Below the pieces are notes generated by a model. The model was given only the letters and a program-made list of their open reading frames with translations. It ran no database searches and was not told the DNA's origin. Positions 26,621-40,284 of a DNA stretch of 64,000 nucleotides are shown here, one piece after another. Both the position numbers and the translations under genes were made by a program. This DNA comes from Octopus vulgaris (lineage: Eukaryota), in assembly GCA_951406725.2 (NCBI GenBank), contig OX597814.1, positions 13,702,001 to 13,766,000 on the forward strand, in the 5' to 3' direction. How positions within the stretch are numbered: position 1 is the stretch's first letter; every line of letters begins with the position of its first letter.

Positions 26621-27044
26621 TTTTTTGTAGTTTTAGCTCATAGTTGCGGCCATGCTGGAGCACCGCCGTTTTGCTACACTTTTATTATTGAGACCTTCTT
26701 TTAATATGTCGCACTTGGTGCAGAATGGAGTTTGATGTCGCTACACTCATTTGCCCCTTTGGCCATGAGGTAGGTTCTTCTGGGACTCTCGAGAGGAAGA
26801 GGTCCAGACTTGATCTAAAAACGCCTACATATACTTTATGGAAATGCCAAAATTTGGCACTATTCCTTCCAGAATCTTTTCGCTTCAGGGAATACGGTGT
26901 TAGTTGCTTCAGTATCTGAGCGGTTGCAAAGTGATCTTCTTGGTGAAGCTTCGCTGAACTGCTTCAAGGTCCTCTGTTAATTTTACGCTGGTAGTTGACC
27001 ATAGCTGGGAGCAGTAACCCAGGCGGCTACTTTATCTACTTCAT

Positions 27045-27046
<2 letters not shown>
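26621..27046 (-). mobile_element. CR1-clade LINE 3' end, internally deleted
   Basis: Minus strand: [30 protein letters not shown] / YSLKR / KILEGIVPNFGI / VFRSSLDLFLSRVPEEP, which are CR1 ORF2 C-terminal motifs. The 3'UTR contains GGCGGTGCTCCAGCATGGCCGCA. Confidence 0.85.
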
Positions 27047-27108
<62 letters not shown>

Positions 27109-27143
27109 ATATATATGCATGTATGTATATGTATATATGTATA

Positions 27144-27182
<39 letters not shown>

Positions 27183-27779
27183 GCACACATACAGACCCCC
27201 ATTTATGTATATATATATATATGTGTATATATGTAATATTCATATATGCCGAACTGAATTTTCTGTAAAACTATTAGAATGCAACGTGTTTTTGCAACAA
27301 TTGCAGGTATAATGTAGATTTTGATTTTTTTTCTTATCTTCCGCAATCCATGTAAATTTGTCGCTGCGTAAATTGTTCAATTTAGAGAATATACCATTGT
27401 AAATTTTACTACTTACATTTTTTTCTTTTTCCCTCCTATCATATGAGATATTTTCGACAATCAATAAATCATTCACGACGTGTGTTCCACGGTGTTAAAA
27501 TAAACTTATTTTATATCTGTATCAGAATAGCTCTTCCACTTTATCATTTATGTATGTGACGGATTTATCTGAAATTTCCAAAACGATTACTCATAATTTT
27601 AGAATAATGGTGTGAAATACATATGTTGCAAATGAAAGATGCTTTTGACGATGCAGGGCGTAATTTGAAGAGATGTAGCTATAATTCGTGAGACGTTGAT
27701 TAATTACTTCCTGGAAGGGAGTGCAAATATTTCAAGCTGAATTTCTTAGTATATATACATAGATACATACTTACAGATA

Positions 27780-29320
27780 TATAATTGTTAAAGAGGAGAG
27801 CAAACGTTAAGGCAAGCCAAGCATCTGAAGTCATATACATTATTGAAATGGATTCAACATCTTATGGTTGGTTGTTTGGGGGATATCCCAGAGTATGGGA
27901 TATTCCATCAGCAGACAGAAATAGGGAAAATGAAAAGCATTTACATTAATGAAATGACGACATAGAGTAAAATAGTAAAGAAATAAGGAGATGAAAATAG
28001 CGAAGAAAAAAGAAGCATGTAAAGTTCACAGTTCAAATTTCGGATGCTGTAGAAATAAGTGCATAAGTCCTTAGGCTCGATCCTGCGTAGATCCATGTGG
28101 GTTAAAGTCCTGGTATGGTAAACATCAAGAAAAAAGACGCGAATATATCAACGTTAAGTAACAGAATGGTAGTGTTGGTGGCGATTATGTGGTAACACGA
28201 AAGAAAAGAAAAAATAAATAGGAAAAGTAAATAGAGTGAGGTGGGGAATAAAGGATTGTCTTCAGTATAAGGTAAGGTATATAGTCGTATAGTGTCTACG
28301 AATATAGTGCACAGGTATAGTTGGGAAGATAAAGGAGAAGATGAGGAGAAAATAGAGTAAAAGGAAAGGAATTTAAAGAGAGTAGATGGTGTCGGTGGTA
28401 TTATTCTAGTCTATAGGTTTTGGTGAGGAAATCTAGTAGTAAATACTTGTCCGTTCTGGCTAAGGTCAGTGGCTGTAGAGTTGTTTTTGGCAATGGGGTT
28501 ATGTGTGTGCTTTATTTTTAGCAATGGGGTTATTGCTGAATGTTAAATTATTTATGAGTGGGAGTTAGAATTAAGTATTAGGTGATCTATTGGGTTAAGG
28601 TTTTAAAATAATTTAAGGATAAATTAAAGCAATAATATTTATCTCATAAAGTGATGAAATAAGGGAGATAGAAGGGATATAGAGATATAGGAGAGATAGA
28701 AGAGATATGGAAGTGTATGTATTAATGATCATAGTGGTTTTTATATGGGTGTTGTTCGTGAGGGATGAACTTACATTTAGATTTTTGGAAGAATTTAAAA
28801 GTGCAGAAGTATTTGTTGTTCCAGATAGTTAAGGCTTCGTTGTGTTTACTAAGCAATTGTGGTGAGTTATGGTTTAAAGTTTTGAGGGTTTCTTTTAAGC
28901 AAGTGTGTTGTCCTTGATACGGGATACACGACTCTACTATAGCTCAGGAAAGTTTATATTATATTTTCTATTAATTAGATGGTGTAGATGTTTATCAGGT
29001 GATGTGGAGTTGCTATTGACTTTATATTTAAACGAGTTCAAAAATACATTATATCTCTGTCTAAAAATTGTGGTAGATTTAATGTCGTATCTATAGTAGT
29101 TATTTATTAATTTGTGAACGGTGAATTAGTATACGACATTGAATGTTCTGCATTGGGCTTGCAGCGGATAGTCTGTCTCGAACCTGCAGTTGCAATAATC
29201 AGTTGTACGATGGTTAATTGAAGAGAGAGATGAGTTAATGCTGGTAGTGGCTAGGGTGGTATTAGATGAATCGATCGTGATATTCCTGTTATTATTGCTG
29301 CCATTTCCAGTATCAGACGT
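27780..29320 (-). mobile_element. Penelope-like 3' relic (GIY-YIG) with long 3'UTR/pLTR
   Basis: Minus strand: YCNCRFETDYPLQAQCRTFNVVY...STTIFRQRYNVFLNSFKYKVNSNSTS...VESCIPYQG..CLKE. A degenerate hammerhead-like hairpin lies at ~27858-27915. Confidence 0.7.
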
Positions 29321-29430
29321 TAGAGCACTTACCTTAGATCACCTGTGAACTAAACCACCGTACTTTATATACATACAGCGACAGATAGACACACACAGAC
29401 ATACACACATACACACACACACGGAGATAG

Positions 29431-29550
<120 letters not shown>

Positions 29551-29949
29551 CCAGATCCAAAGTTTATCGCTGTAGACAATACTTAACACTCAAATGGTTC
29601 GAAGTTAGATATCTTTACGTGTGATTCGGGGTACATTTTGGCTATAAGAGGAAGCCAGGTAACAGATATTGAGACAATCATGCGGATAAACAAATTGAAT
29701 AGCTTGAATGTGATATGCCATATAAATACAAGAGTTCAGGATTCAAGTGAATCAATCACTTAAATAGTAAATCACCGGGCTGAGTTAAATACAGGGAATC
29801 ACGAAGTTGAACGAACTGCTGACTTTGAGAATTAAATGTGTATATTCGCGTATATTAACCTGTTGAAAACGGTTGTAATGATCTGTTCATCCGTTCAAAT
29901 TCGACAGAAACAGGACCAATTATTCAACCATTACCCATCTGCTGTTATA

Positions 29950-29981
<32 letters not shown>

Positions 29982-30060
29982 AATAAATATTAGGGAATAA
30001 ATCCAAATTTACAGGGAAAAATCAGATTTAGGATTGAATCCAATTTTATAGTAAAATATA

Positions 30061-30244
30061 ATATAATATTAATTAGAGACAAAACCACTATTATGCAAAT
30101 CAAACAAAGAAAGACTTAATCCAATACATAAAACATTTTATATAAATTAAATATAATTAATTTTATTTAATTTATATAAATTTTTTTATGTATTGGATTA
30201 AGTCATTCTTTGTTTGATTTGCATAATAGTGGTTTTGTCTCTAA

Positions 30245-30256
<12 letters not shown>
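30061..30256. repeat. Near-perfect palindrome, ~95-bp arms, almost no spacer
   Basis: atataatattaattagagacaaaaccactattatgcaaatcaaacaaaga... mirrors ...tctttgtttgatttgcataatagtggttttgtctctaattaatattatat. Confidence 0.92.
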
Positions 30257-30284
<28 letters not shown>

Positions 30285-30547
30285 ATTTGTGTGTGTGTGT
30301 GTGTATGATACATGTATGTATGCATACAGACAGAATGATAGCAGACACTAAAAATGTTCATATGAGTTCTTAAGTATAAATATATAGACGACAGAGAAAA
30401 TCATAGGAGATAAGGCAAGGTGTTACCTGTTGGACAGTTTGTTTACAACGTGTTTAACAACATAATTCGTTCTCTCTCCCCGTCTCTCGCCCACTCTTTA
30501 TTTCCCTCTCTCTCACTGTATATGCATAATTATGTATATGTATATAC

Positions 30548-30639
30548 AGGAATACTTTACGCTAGAAAGAACAGTGAAAGTCCAAACCACTAATTGCTAC
30601 CGACAAAAATATCTGTTCTTTCTAACGTAAAGGATTCCT
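30548..30639. repeat. Short inverted repeat (27-bp arms)
   Basis: aggaatactttacgctagaaagaacag / ctgttctttctaacgtaaaggattcct. Confidence 0.8.
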
Positions 30640-30977
30640 ATGATGGAAGCCTCTTAATGTGTTTTTAACGTACACTGTATTTTATACGAATAATATATAG
30701 TCTATTTTCTATACGCTAGTTTACTGGTAGAAAACATTTCTAAAATCTTCATTACCCTGATATTATGAATTATGTATAATGATTTCTGGTAGATTCGTTC
30801 GAAGAATTTGCCGGACATCCTCGATGCCGACAAAAAAGACTGCGCTTGCGTAGTGGATTTGAAAAGGACAATAAAATAATTTTTTACCAGGCGAAGTCTT
30901 CATCAACAGGGACGCCATAGATTAAATATATAAACAACGAGGCCAATCAAGCATGTGTCTCATTGCTTATAAATTTT

Positions 30978-31563
30978 TTAACCTTAATTTTGCTAAATAC
31001 ACTTGAATAATCTTCCCTCATTCAGCATGGTATATTTAAAGAACGAAAACGTAATACACTTTATTTTACTTTATAAAAAGTATTTTTAGTGAAATTATGA
31101 ATCAAACATCAGCATCACCCAGACTCCCTCACAGAAAATCAGTACAAAATTCTGAAAATTAAGTAGAGTGCAATGACAGCATTTGTAGATTTTACATCAT
31201 TCCCAATGTAATCATTGTTACCTGTTCCTGATGTTTGATTCATAATTTCACTAAAAATTGTCTGGGTATCAGATATGCATAGGCGTTTGCCGCTTTTATG
31301 GTGTAGAGAACCTCATTAAGATTTTTTCATATGTTTTTCTGCAGACTCTGCATCTTTTAATTTCCTCTGAAATACATTTCTCATTTTATTGTAATGGTTT
31401 ACTTGAACGCGCCAGATAACTACTACTGCAGTGCAAACCTTTTAACTTCGTATCAAATACTTTTTATATAGTGAAATAAAGTGTATTACGTTTTCGTTCC
31501 TTAAACATGCCATGCTGAATGAGGGAAGATTATTCAAGTGTATTTTGCAAAATTAAGGTTAAA
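30978..31563. repeat. Nested inverted repeats (MITE/foldback-like)
   Basis: Outer arms 30978-31085 / 31456-31563 (a few mismatches). Inner perfect arms 31083-31112 / 31228-31257. Confidence 0.85.
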
Positions 31564-32771
31564 GTTTTAAAATAATGCTGTTCATTTTCACTCAAGAATT
31601 TAAATGTATAAAGATTAAAGCTATTCATTTTGAATAAGCCTAATTTACATGAAACACTTTTACTATATAGTATACGAATTTTGTTTTTCCCCAAGTAGAA
31701 AAAAATGACATAATGCAAGCTAATTATCTCTCGGAGAAAAATCGAAGTATATTGAAGATTAATATTCATCCAGAAAATAATTGGGGAATTCTTTTCTTCC
31801 GTTAGGCCAAAATTTTGCGCATTTTGTTTTCTAAACTTACATCTTTCAAGTTTTAAATATTGGAATACGCTTTCTTTTTTTGCGAAAGACATCTTCTATT
31901 TTAATATTTCAAATCCTGGCCTCAAGGCAGGTTCAATGGACGATTTTCCTTCGATTTCATACCGCTTAACAACTAAAATACTGAATCACCCAAATACGTT
32001 GCGACAAATGACAGAAAGGTTTCAAGTTTTAAGTGGAAAAATATTGGAATTTCAGCATGAATCTCAATTCAAAATACGTTTAATGTTTTCTTAGGAAATT
32101 GAAGCCTTACTGCTGAATAACTTGAAACCTTTGCATATTAAGCCTGATCTTTTAATGGTAGGTGTTTTCTACGCTTTATTTCAACTGTAAATTGATTTCG
32201 GATCCTATCCAAATGGTTCTCGGCTATCCCTGACCGGAAATATTTTGTAAATTTCCATTAGCTTCTCTCTAAACTTTGAAATGCTATTCACTTTGGAGAA
32301 TCAAATTTCAATGAACATACAAATGATAAAATTTACTTCTGCTTGATTCAGAATACAGAATGTTCTGTTTTGCATAATTTTATTTATTCATGAGATGTTC
32401 ATTGTCGGTTTTAAGTAGATAATACTGGCTTTCCCTCCTATTAGGAAATATTAAAACTACTCTTTTCCTAATAACTAATACAAATAGTATAATTTGCATA
32501 TACAAATTTCATACGAAGTTTAAAACGGGATTAAGTGAGTATTTCTAAGAAAGCTTTGATTATTGTTTTCAACTGGTAAATGTGGAATGATCAAATTTAA
32601 TTTTAAAATATTTTCCTCTTGTCGTGAAATGAATACGTTAAGCAGCGCTATGTTAAAAGGTGTTAATATCTTCTTTCACTACATTATCAAAATACTAATT
32701 CATATAATGGGTGGTAATTTCTTTCATAAAAAAAGGCCTTTTAAGTGGCGTCATCATATTCCAATTAGCTA

Positions 32772-33850
32772 TAAGGTCATCCCATAAGTTCTGTTCGAAT
32801 TTTGAATAAAGAAAACAAGGGATCAAATGTTATATTTAATTGAAATTTAATCATCAATATACCTTCCTTGATTATCTATGACATCCTTCCATCTATTTAC
32901 AAGCTTTTTAATCCCATCTCTTTCGGTTTCAAAGCAAAGAATTCTGAAATGTTAGTTTCGACCTTCTAGCTTACGAAAGTTATGTCCCCCAAATGATTCT
33001 GTAAACTACGAAACAAATGGTAGTCTGAAGGAGCAAGGTCGGGAGAATAAGGTGGATGAGAATCTTTTCCCCACCAAGCTCTTCGATCTTTTGTGATGTG
33101 ATCTTTGCACTGCGGGGTCGCGCATTGTCCTGATGAAATATTAATCACGATTCATTAAAGCGAGTCTTTTTTCCTTGAAAGCTTTGTTCAAACGGTTTAA
33201 TTGCTGACAATTGACTTGAGCATCGATTGTTGCATTAGGTGGTAACAATTCAAAGTGAATTTCTCCTTTGCAATTCCACCAGAAAGAGAGAAAAAGCTTT
33301 TTTCTCGGTTGTGGTTCAGCTTTTTTTCCCTTTTACCAAGCAACTGTTTACAATATTTAACATTTCGATAGAAGATCCATTTTTCGTTACCTGTCACAAG
33401 TTTATCCTAAAATGGTGAAATGAGTTCGCGAAAATGGAGAGAAAAGCAGATGTTAACTCGGGATATGCGGTTGCTTTCGGACAAGTCATGAGCCACCCAT
33501 TTTCCAAGTTTAGGAACCTTTTCAAGTTGTTGAAGATGACGGATTAACAGGTGTATGGCCTGAACTAAGCTTTATTGCCAATTCTTCAGCTGATAATGCA
33601 GGATTTTCTTCAAGTAATACCTCAAAGAGATTATCACCAAACTCAACTGGACGTCCTTTCCGATTTTCATCTTCAAGTTTGAAATCTCCACTTCTGAATT
33701 TTGCAAACCATCTTCTGCAAGTTCTTTCATTCAAGCATTCTTTCCCCAAAACTGAGTGTATATGTTTCGAGTCACTTCGGCAGCAGAGTCCTTTTTTTGT
33801 ACTCATAAAGCACTCATAAAGTACTCATAAAGTACTCATAAAGTATAGAT
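32772..33850 (-). mobile_element. Mariner transposon relic (frameshifted transposase)
   Basis: CLNERTCRRWFAKFRSGDFKLEDENRKGRP, GKWVAHDLS, VTGNEKWIFY and HPPYSPDLAPSDYHLFRSLQNHL. TA plus a TIR-like end at 32770. An 11-bp tandem (actcataaagt)x4 sits at the broken 5' end. Confidence 0.93.
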
Positions 33851-36800
33851 GATAGAAACTATTTGTCAAGCTAGCCGTTTTTTATTAGTTGTAACACATG
33901 TGCGATTACAGAATATGGAAGAACTATGTACTGCAAATATAAGCTGCACATAGACCTGATATGATATGAAAAATCTATATACAAAGAATAAAACGCTGAT
34001 AAATAGCAAGAGGGATGAAGCTAGTAGAATCTACAAAAGTGCAATGAATGTTTGAAGTGGACAAAGCACATGTCAGACAACACGCATACAATATGAAATT
34101 TTACAATCGATTTTAAAGGTTATTTTCAACAAACTCTACTTGAAATATCACCAGAGATCCAAACTACTCGGTTCCATATATACATCCTTAAAATCCTTAA
34201 AAACGTTTTAGCCTGAAGGCCGCGGCCATGCTGGGGCACCACCGCTGATATATAGAAGTTTCTTATATCTCTTCGCACACTCAACAACTCAAGGAACATG
34301 CAAGTGAGCTTCAATTCTAAATATGGTAAAACTGCGAGATTTTACCCAGATATAGAAAATGAGATATGGAATTCTTGAAATGAGTTTCAGTTACGAAATT
34401 CAAAGATTTTGCCGGCAGTATCTTTAAAACACAAAGTGGAAGCGAATATTAGCATTATATTCTATACCATAAAAATGTATCCCAGATTACTTTTACGATC
34501 GAGCAATCGTACTTCAAAATGGCCAAAACGTTACTCTGCGATAAAGGGTACGAAGATTACAGAACAATATATCCCAGATAATGATGTTATACTTCAACAG
34601 ACACCATCACTTTACAAGATCATTTTGTAAATTGTGCATCCAAATAACTGAATATTATCGAATGTGAAGAAAACACCTCCAGGCAATCCGATTTATACTT
34701 GGGGATTTGATTCTGAAAATTGTTGATTACATTATTCCAATCTTTGTAACGACACGATGCAATAAAAATTTAAACCATGTTGTCCCCTTTTCACTTTGTC
34801 AGAATAAGTAGGAAAATATACTGATGGTTACTGTTTTGTACCTAAACAACGCAGAAGACAAACTGCGTGCAATTCAATTTCATTTGAAATTCCTTTTGGC
34901 AATGACCATCAATAACTTTCAAAAGGAAGTTTGGAGTTGAACTGAACCCATCATGTTTCGAATACAGTATACGAAGAAACTAATTTGTTAGTCATAGCTC
35001 GAAATACCAGTCCAAACATCCTCATTAATTCAAGGTGCCCTTGCAACAAATTACCCGAGAATCGATTGTATGCACATACACACACGCTCGTACAAGCACA
35101 CACATAGAGTTTGATAGAAATAGGATGTTAATTGAAATATAATGATAAAAACTGAATGAAATTAAAATAGGCAAAAAGATATAGACAATTGATAATGTTT
35201 AGCAAACTCAAATTAATTCAAAGTTTTCCTTTTGATATATAATGACTAAGGTTAAGTTTAAATATATAAACGTTCGTCAAAGCTTATAACACTTCCCTAC
35301 TTTATTCTTTCACATTATTAAAGCATAAATTTCAATTGGCACTTCTCTTCATTATTTTTTATGTTCTGTATTTACATGGTCTCAGCCACTGGACTGCAGA
35401 CATTACGGGCCATTACAAACTAAAAAAAAAATTGTTTTAATAGAAGATATCTTCAATGTTTACAAAATCCTGTGATTATTTTGTTTATTCCTTTTCATCA
35501 GATAGGCATATCTCAAAGAAATTTCGTGGTTATCAATCCTGATGCTTAATCACGATAGCTTTCTCTATTCTACTGCATACAATTAAGGTTTCTATATCTG
35601 CTAATAAACTTAAATGTCATTATCAGAGAAATACTGTGTTGAGATTTGTGCAATAGATGGACACTTGAAACAAGGAGTTACGTCCCAATCATATGTACCG
35701 ATTTTAAATAACACAAATTGAAACGCATCTCACTCCGGATACTATGCATTGGGGGACCCATTCTCTTGAGAAAACAATTTTTCTGAAGAGTCATTCAACA
35801 AATAAAAAAAACACATATATTTCACAGATAACTCTAGTCAAAATATCAGTGCTTAGGATTGGATTTATGTAAGATAATTGTTTCGTTGATCGATTCCTTG
35901 ACATCACTCATACCAACTCAACACAAAACAAACAAAATGTACATTTATATGTTTGGGCAATAAGATCTGCCTTCTGGTTTGCAAAATAAATGTATTTTAA
36001 AATTTGTTTTAATGACAGGGAAAACTAGTTCAGCTCAAACTGCTGTGAATACAAATTAATCTGTTGAGGGCATTTCTTGTTAAACGGCTATACCAAACTT
36101 GCTAAAATACACTTCAATTTCTCAGGAATTTGTTTCTGAAGTGTTTTTATTTCCTCTTAACATGGGAATATTGTTGACGTTTTACAAATTTATAGTACAG
36201 TAGCTGAAAAATCATTGTTGCTTTAGGTTTCTGTCGGTCATAATTTGTCCGCGAATACACATTATGTGTTGCACGAGAACCAGCGGATGAAACTCGGTGT
36301 CATTGTGATCCGCTGAAATAAGTTTAACTACTCACGAAACAACAATTCTTTTTACACGAATCTAGCAAATCTGGAAAGTTGTTACATTCAAAGAAACACT
36401 CAGCTGTTCTCCATATCCTTGTGTCATATACACAAAAATATCTACACCAGCAAATGATCTTAAAATGCATTCTTTCTTAAGATTTTGGAGTTTTACTTTA
36501 GTCTTAATTACATTGTACATTCTCTTCCTTTGTATATGCTTTGTGTAGATGGAGATGTAAAATGTATGTGAATTGAGAAAATGTTTTTAATTATCTATCT
36601 ATATATTTGTTTCTGTCTCTCTGTCTTTCTTTCTCTCTCTGTCTATCATTCTCCGCATATGTACATTAATGCGTATGTGTGTATGTTCATGATTGGGAGT
36701 ATGAATATCTATATATGCAGACGTGTGATTTCAGTGTCTGCATGCGTATGTGATTGTGTACCTTTACAATAATCACATCAATTTTATACTCTTGTTATAA

Positions 36801-38496
36801 TTCGAAATAGTGTAGATTTACACAAGATAATTATACCGATCTTGCCTTCATTTTAGTCTTTTTGGTTTTACCTTAATACACAAAATTCAAATCCTCATCT
36901 AATACGGTGATCTTCGAATTATATTACACGCATCATTTCCGAGCAGCTTCTTTTGTAATATCCTCTCAGTTTGTGTTGTTTATTTTACTTGGTAAAATAC
37001 GTCACCTTTTCTTTTCCTGCACATGTTTTCCCATTAATGCCTAAACACACTTTTCCATGTTAATTCTAACAAAAATATGTATCGATTTTACAATGTCGCA
37101 TCATTATATTTCGACAACTAGGCTATTTCTCTTTCGATATTTGATGGTTGCTTATTTATATCATAATTAGTCTATTAAGAAGGAAATATAATGATTTCAT
37201 GTCTAAAGTGAGCGATGTTTTTTAAACAAACATTTACATTTTGCATAGTATAAGATATTAAACGGAGAAATGGCTTCAATATGAGATATCAAGATGGTTT
37301 TCAAATAGAAAGTGAATAAATATGAACGCTATTAAAATGTAAATATGAGTAATTTTACTTTTAGAATATAAACATCCAAGATCAAAGTGCTGTCGTTCTT
37401 TAATTGATGCTTTCTTTCGCATAATAAATAGAATTACAAGAAATACAAGCATAAATACTTTCGGATATCTGTTTATATTATTATACATTGAAATTACTGT
37501 TGTTTTACATATGATAAAAACACAACACGTGGCATATTTGATAGAAAGCAAAGGAAAATTCCTTCAGCGAAATTATGTGATCTATTTCCACCAGTGCTGA
37601 AACTTATTTGCCTTCCCTGCAACAAGAAACGAATTACCTATGCAGAACTGGATATGATTTAGTACCTTATATGTCAGTTTCCAATATGTGTCTACGTAGT
37701 TCCAATTCTATTTCATATCAGTTATCAGTAGGTCTACAGCTTCGAATCGTGTAGAAATTTAAGTGATATGTCGTGCCACAATAAACTATAACAGATTACT
37801 ATGAGACTTATAATTTTGTTACTGATTATAATCCTGCCAGGTCCACGTTTATTGCACATTGCAGATGTAATAAATTAACAAAGCAATGTTTTCCCCATAC
37901 GATTTACAAGTTGCATTGCTAGAATTAAATATCAAAAACAAAAAATTTTAAGTTACTTTAACAGAAACAAAACAAAGAAACAAGACAACGGCTTACAATG
38001 GGGGATGGCACGCAGCATAGCGGAGCGAACAGGTGCACACTGCGCAAGCTCAAAGAGAAGAGAAGTTCGTCAGTGCTCTAACAACATGCTCAAGTAGAAC
38101 ATAGAGGCTCATTTAATAGCATAGAGGTTAAGATATTATCAACGCATAGAACTGACATGACACTTAGAAAGATTACAGAGGCCAGACACACATACCGAGC
38201 CTCAACATAAAACTCGAATGAAAGAATAACATCCCGAACACTACACCACGCAACACGACCACTAAAGACTGAAGGGAAGAAAAAAGAAAAAACACAGATA
38301 GAAACAATTTAATACACACACGAATGACATGCACATACCTATGATAAATATAAGAAATAAAGATTAGGAAAGAAAAACAATATAAAGGGCACGGATACAA
38401 ACGGCACACACATACAGTAAGTTCACAAACGGCTGCAACAACAACAACAAGAACCACGATGACAACAACATGAACGAACACACAAGCACATAAATA

Positions 38497-38717
38497 TTGG
38501 TTGGCATCCTTTCTGTCTCGGGAGACAATGGAGTTGCGCATACAGTAGTCTAGTCCGGCTTTTATATTTCATGTTCTGATACATTTCCTGCTGTGGCTGT
38601 GTAGTCCTATCCTCGACAAACACTCCCTCTGGCAGGTACCGCAAATGTAGCGAAGACTGTTCCTGGCTGGTTGTAATGCCATTGTCTCTTGTTGACGTCT
38701 CTTCTTTTCTTTCCATT

Positions 38718-38753
<36 letters not shown>

Positions 38754-38870
38754 TTTGTATTCCCTCTTTTACGGTACGTCGCCATTCTCCACAGTTGCCG
38801 GCAACTGCCTCTCAACCGCTAATATTGATGTTACAGGCCTTCATGTCCCTTTTGCAAACATCCTTGTAAC
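38497..38870 (-). mobile_element. RTE-clade LINE 3' fragment
   Basis: Minus strand: YKDVCKRDMKACNINI...WRRTVKEG...YICGTCQRECLSRIGLHSHSRKC, followed by the tail CATTGTCTCCCGAGACAGAAAGGATGCC. Confidence 0.85.
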
Positions 38871-39317
38871 ACAAGCACATAAATATACGAGAGAAGTAAC
38901 AGAAGGGTCCAGAACAGCAACAACAGCAACAGAAGAGAAAATATAGGTGAGGGGAGAGTCAAAGTCCCAATAGAAATGACGACGATAATGGCAACTACAA
39001 ATCACACACACATAAACACACATGCGAAACACTTAGACACACGTATACGCACGAGCACGTACACACACATGCACACTCAAACTCACAGATGCAGACACAA
39101 ACGCACGCGCAGATTAGGATACACATCATAGACGGACAGAATAGACTAAGAGGAGCTGGAGGATACACGTGGATGGAAAAGGGTCGTTAAAGAGGTCATG
39201 GATGTGGGACGAAAGATTTCCGGACAATGAACAAAAGATAAAAAAAGAACAGTAATAAACGAGTGAAGAAAGTTGCCTCTAAGTTTAGGTTTATCATTAC
39301 CATATAATCTAATACCC

Positions 39318-39553
39318 ATTTCTTTACTGTCCACAAGGGGCTACACGCAGATGAGACAAACAAGGACAGACAAACGGATTAAGTCGATTATATCGACCCC
39401 AGTGCGTAACTGGTACTTATTTAATCGACCCCGAAAGGATGAAAGGCAAAGTCGACCTCGGCGGAATTTGAACTCAGAACGTAGCGGCAGACGAAATACC
39501 GTTTAGCATTTCGCCCGGCGTGCTGCCCGGCGTGCTAACGATTCTACCAGCAC
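39318..39553 (-). mobile_element. SINE family C
   Basis: Reverse complement of the 21636 monomer. ctaatacc occurs on both flanks. Confidence 0.88.
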
Positions 39554-40284
39554 ACTAATACCAAATAAGTTTTCAAGGAAATAGAAAACGGTATTCAATT
39601 CTATCGATTGTATTCGAATGATAATTCGGCGTGAAGTACAAAATCTAATGTAAAATATTAGTAGGGTAACCAGTCTCTGCTTCACAACTGCTTGTAGGAA
39701 TTTAATATCATTTCTCAGTCCTCATAAAATCAACAACACATTGTAACGATGTGTTCAATTAATGAAGATATACATAGTTGCCTAACATGATATGTGTCAA
39801 TGCGTGTGAGTGGATGTGTATATTTAACTAAATGTGTGAACATCTATAAATACTGAAATTAGATTTAAACCACAATTGCATAATTAATTTATATTTGCAA
39901 GCTAAAATGTTTTTTTTTAATTAATAAAACATAAAACACAATGCTGATGAGATTTAACACGCGAAATTACGATTATTTCCTTGACAAAGATTAGAATTTT
40001 AACTTAAGTTATAACAGTTATAAACTGAGTTAAAGTTCCGATACACTCTAACATAAGCTTGAAGGGTTGCATCTTAATTTCTTAAATTCAGCTCCTTTCA
40101 CCAGTGAGAGTAAAAAAGATTTATCACTACGTCTTTGTTTATTTTCTCCAAATAAGATACAGTTTGAAATGTTTTGTCGTATGTAAATATATACCACGAC
40201 GTTTAATATATTTGACGATAATTTTAATCTTTGATATTTCCTTTGTGAGATTCAGTTTCCACAGTTATTAAGTTGTAATTTGTT

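Noticed and set aside
33800-33844. 11-bp tandem repeat x4 as a CRISPR-like array
   Set aside because: No spacers. It is replication slippage at the broken mariner end, and the DNA is eukaryotic.
39944-39970. CTGATGA...GAAA match (similar isolated matches at ~14034 and ~18358)
   Set aside because: No pairing stems I or II, so a chance match.
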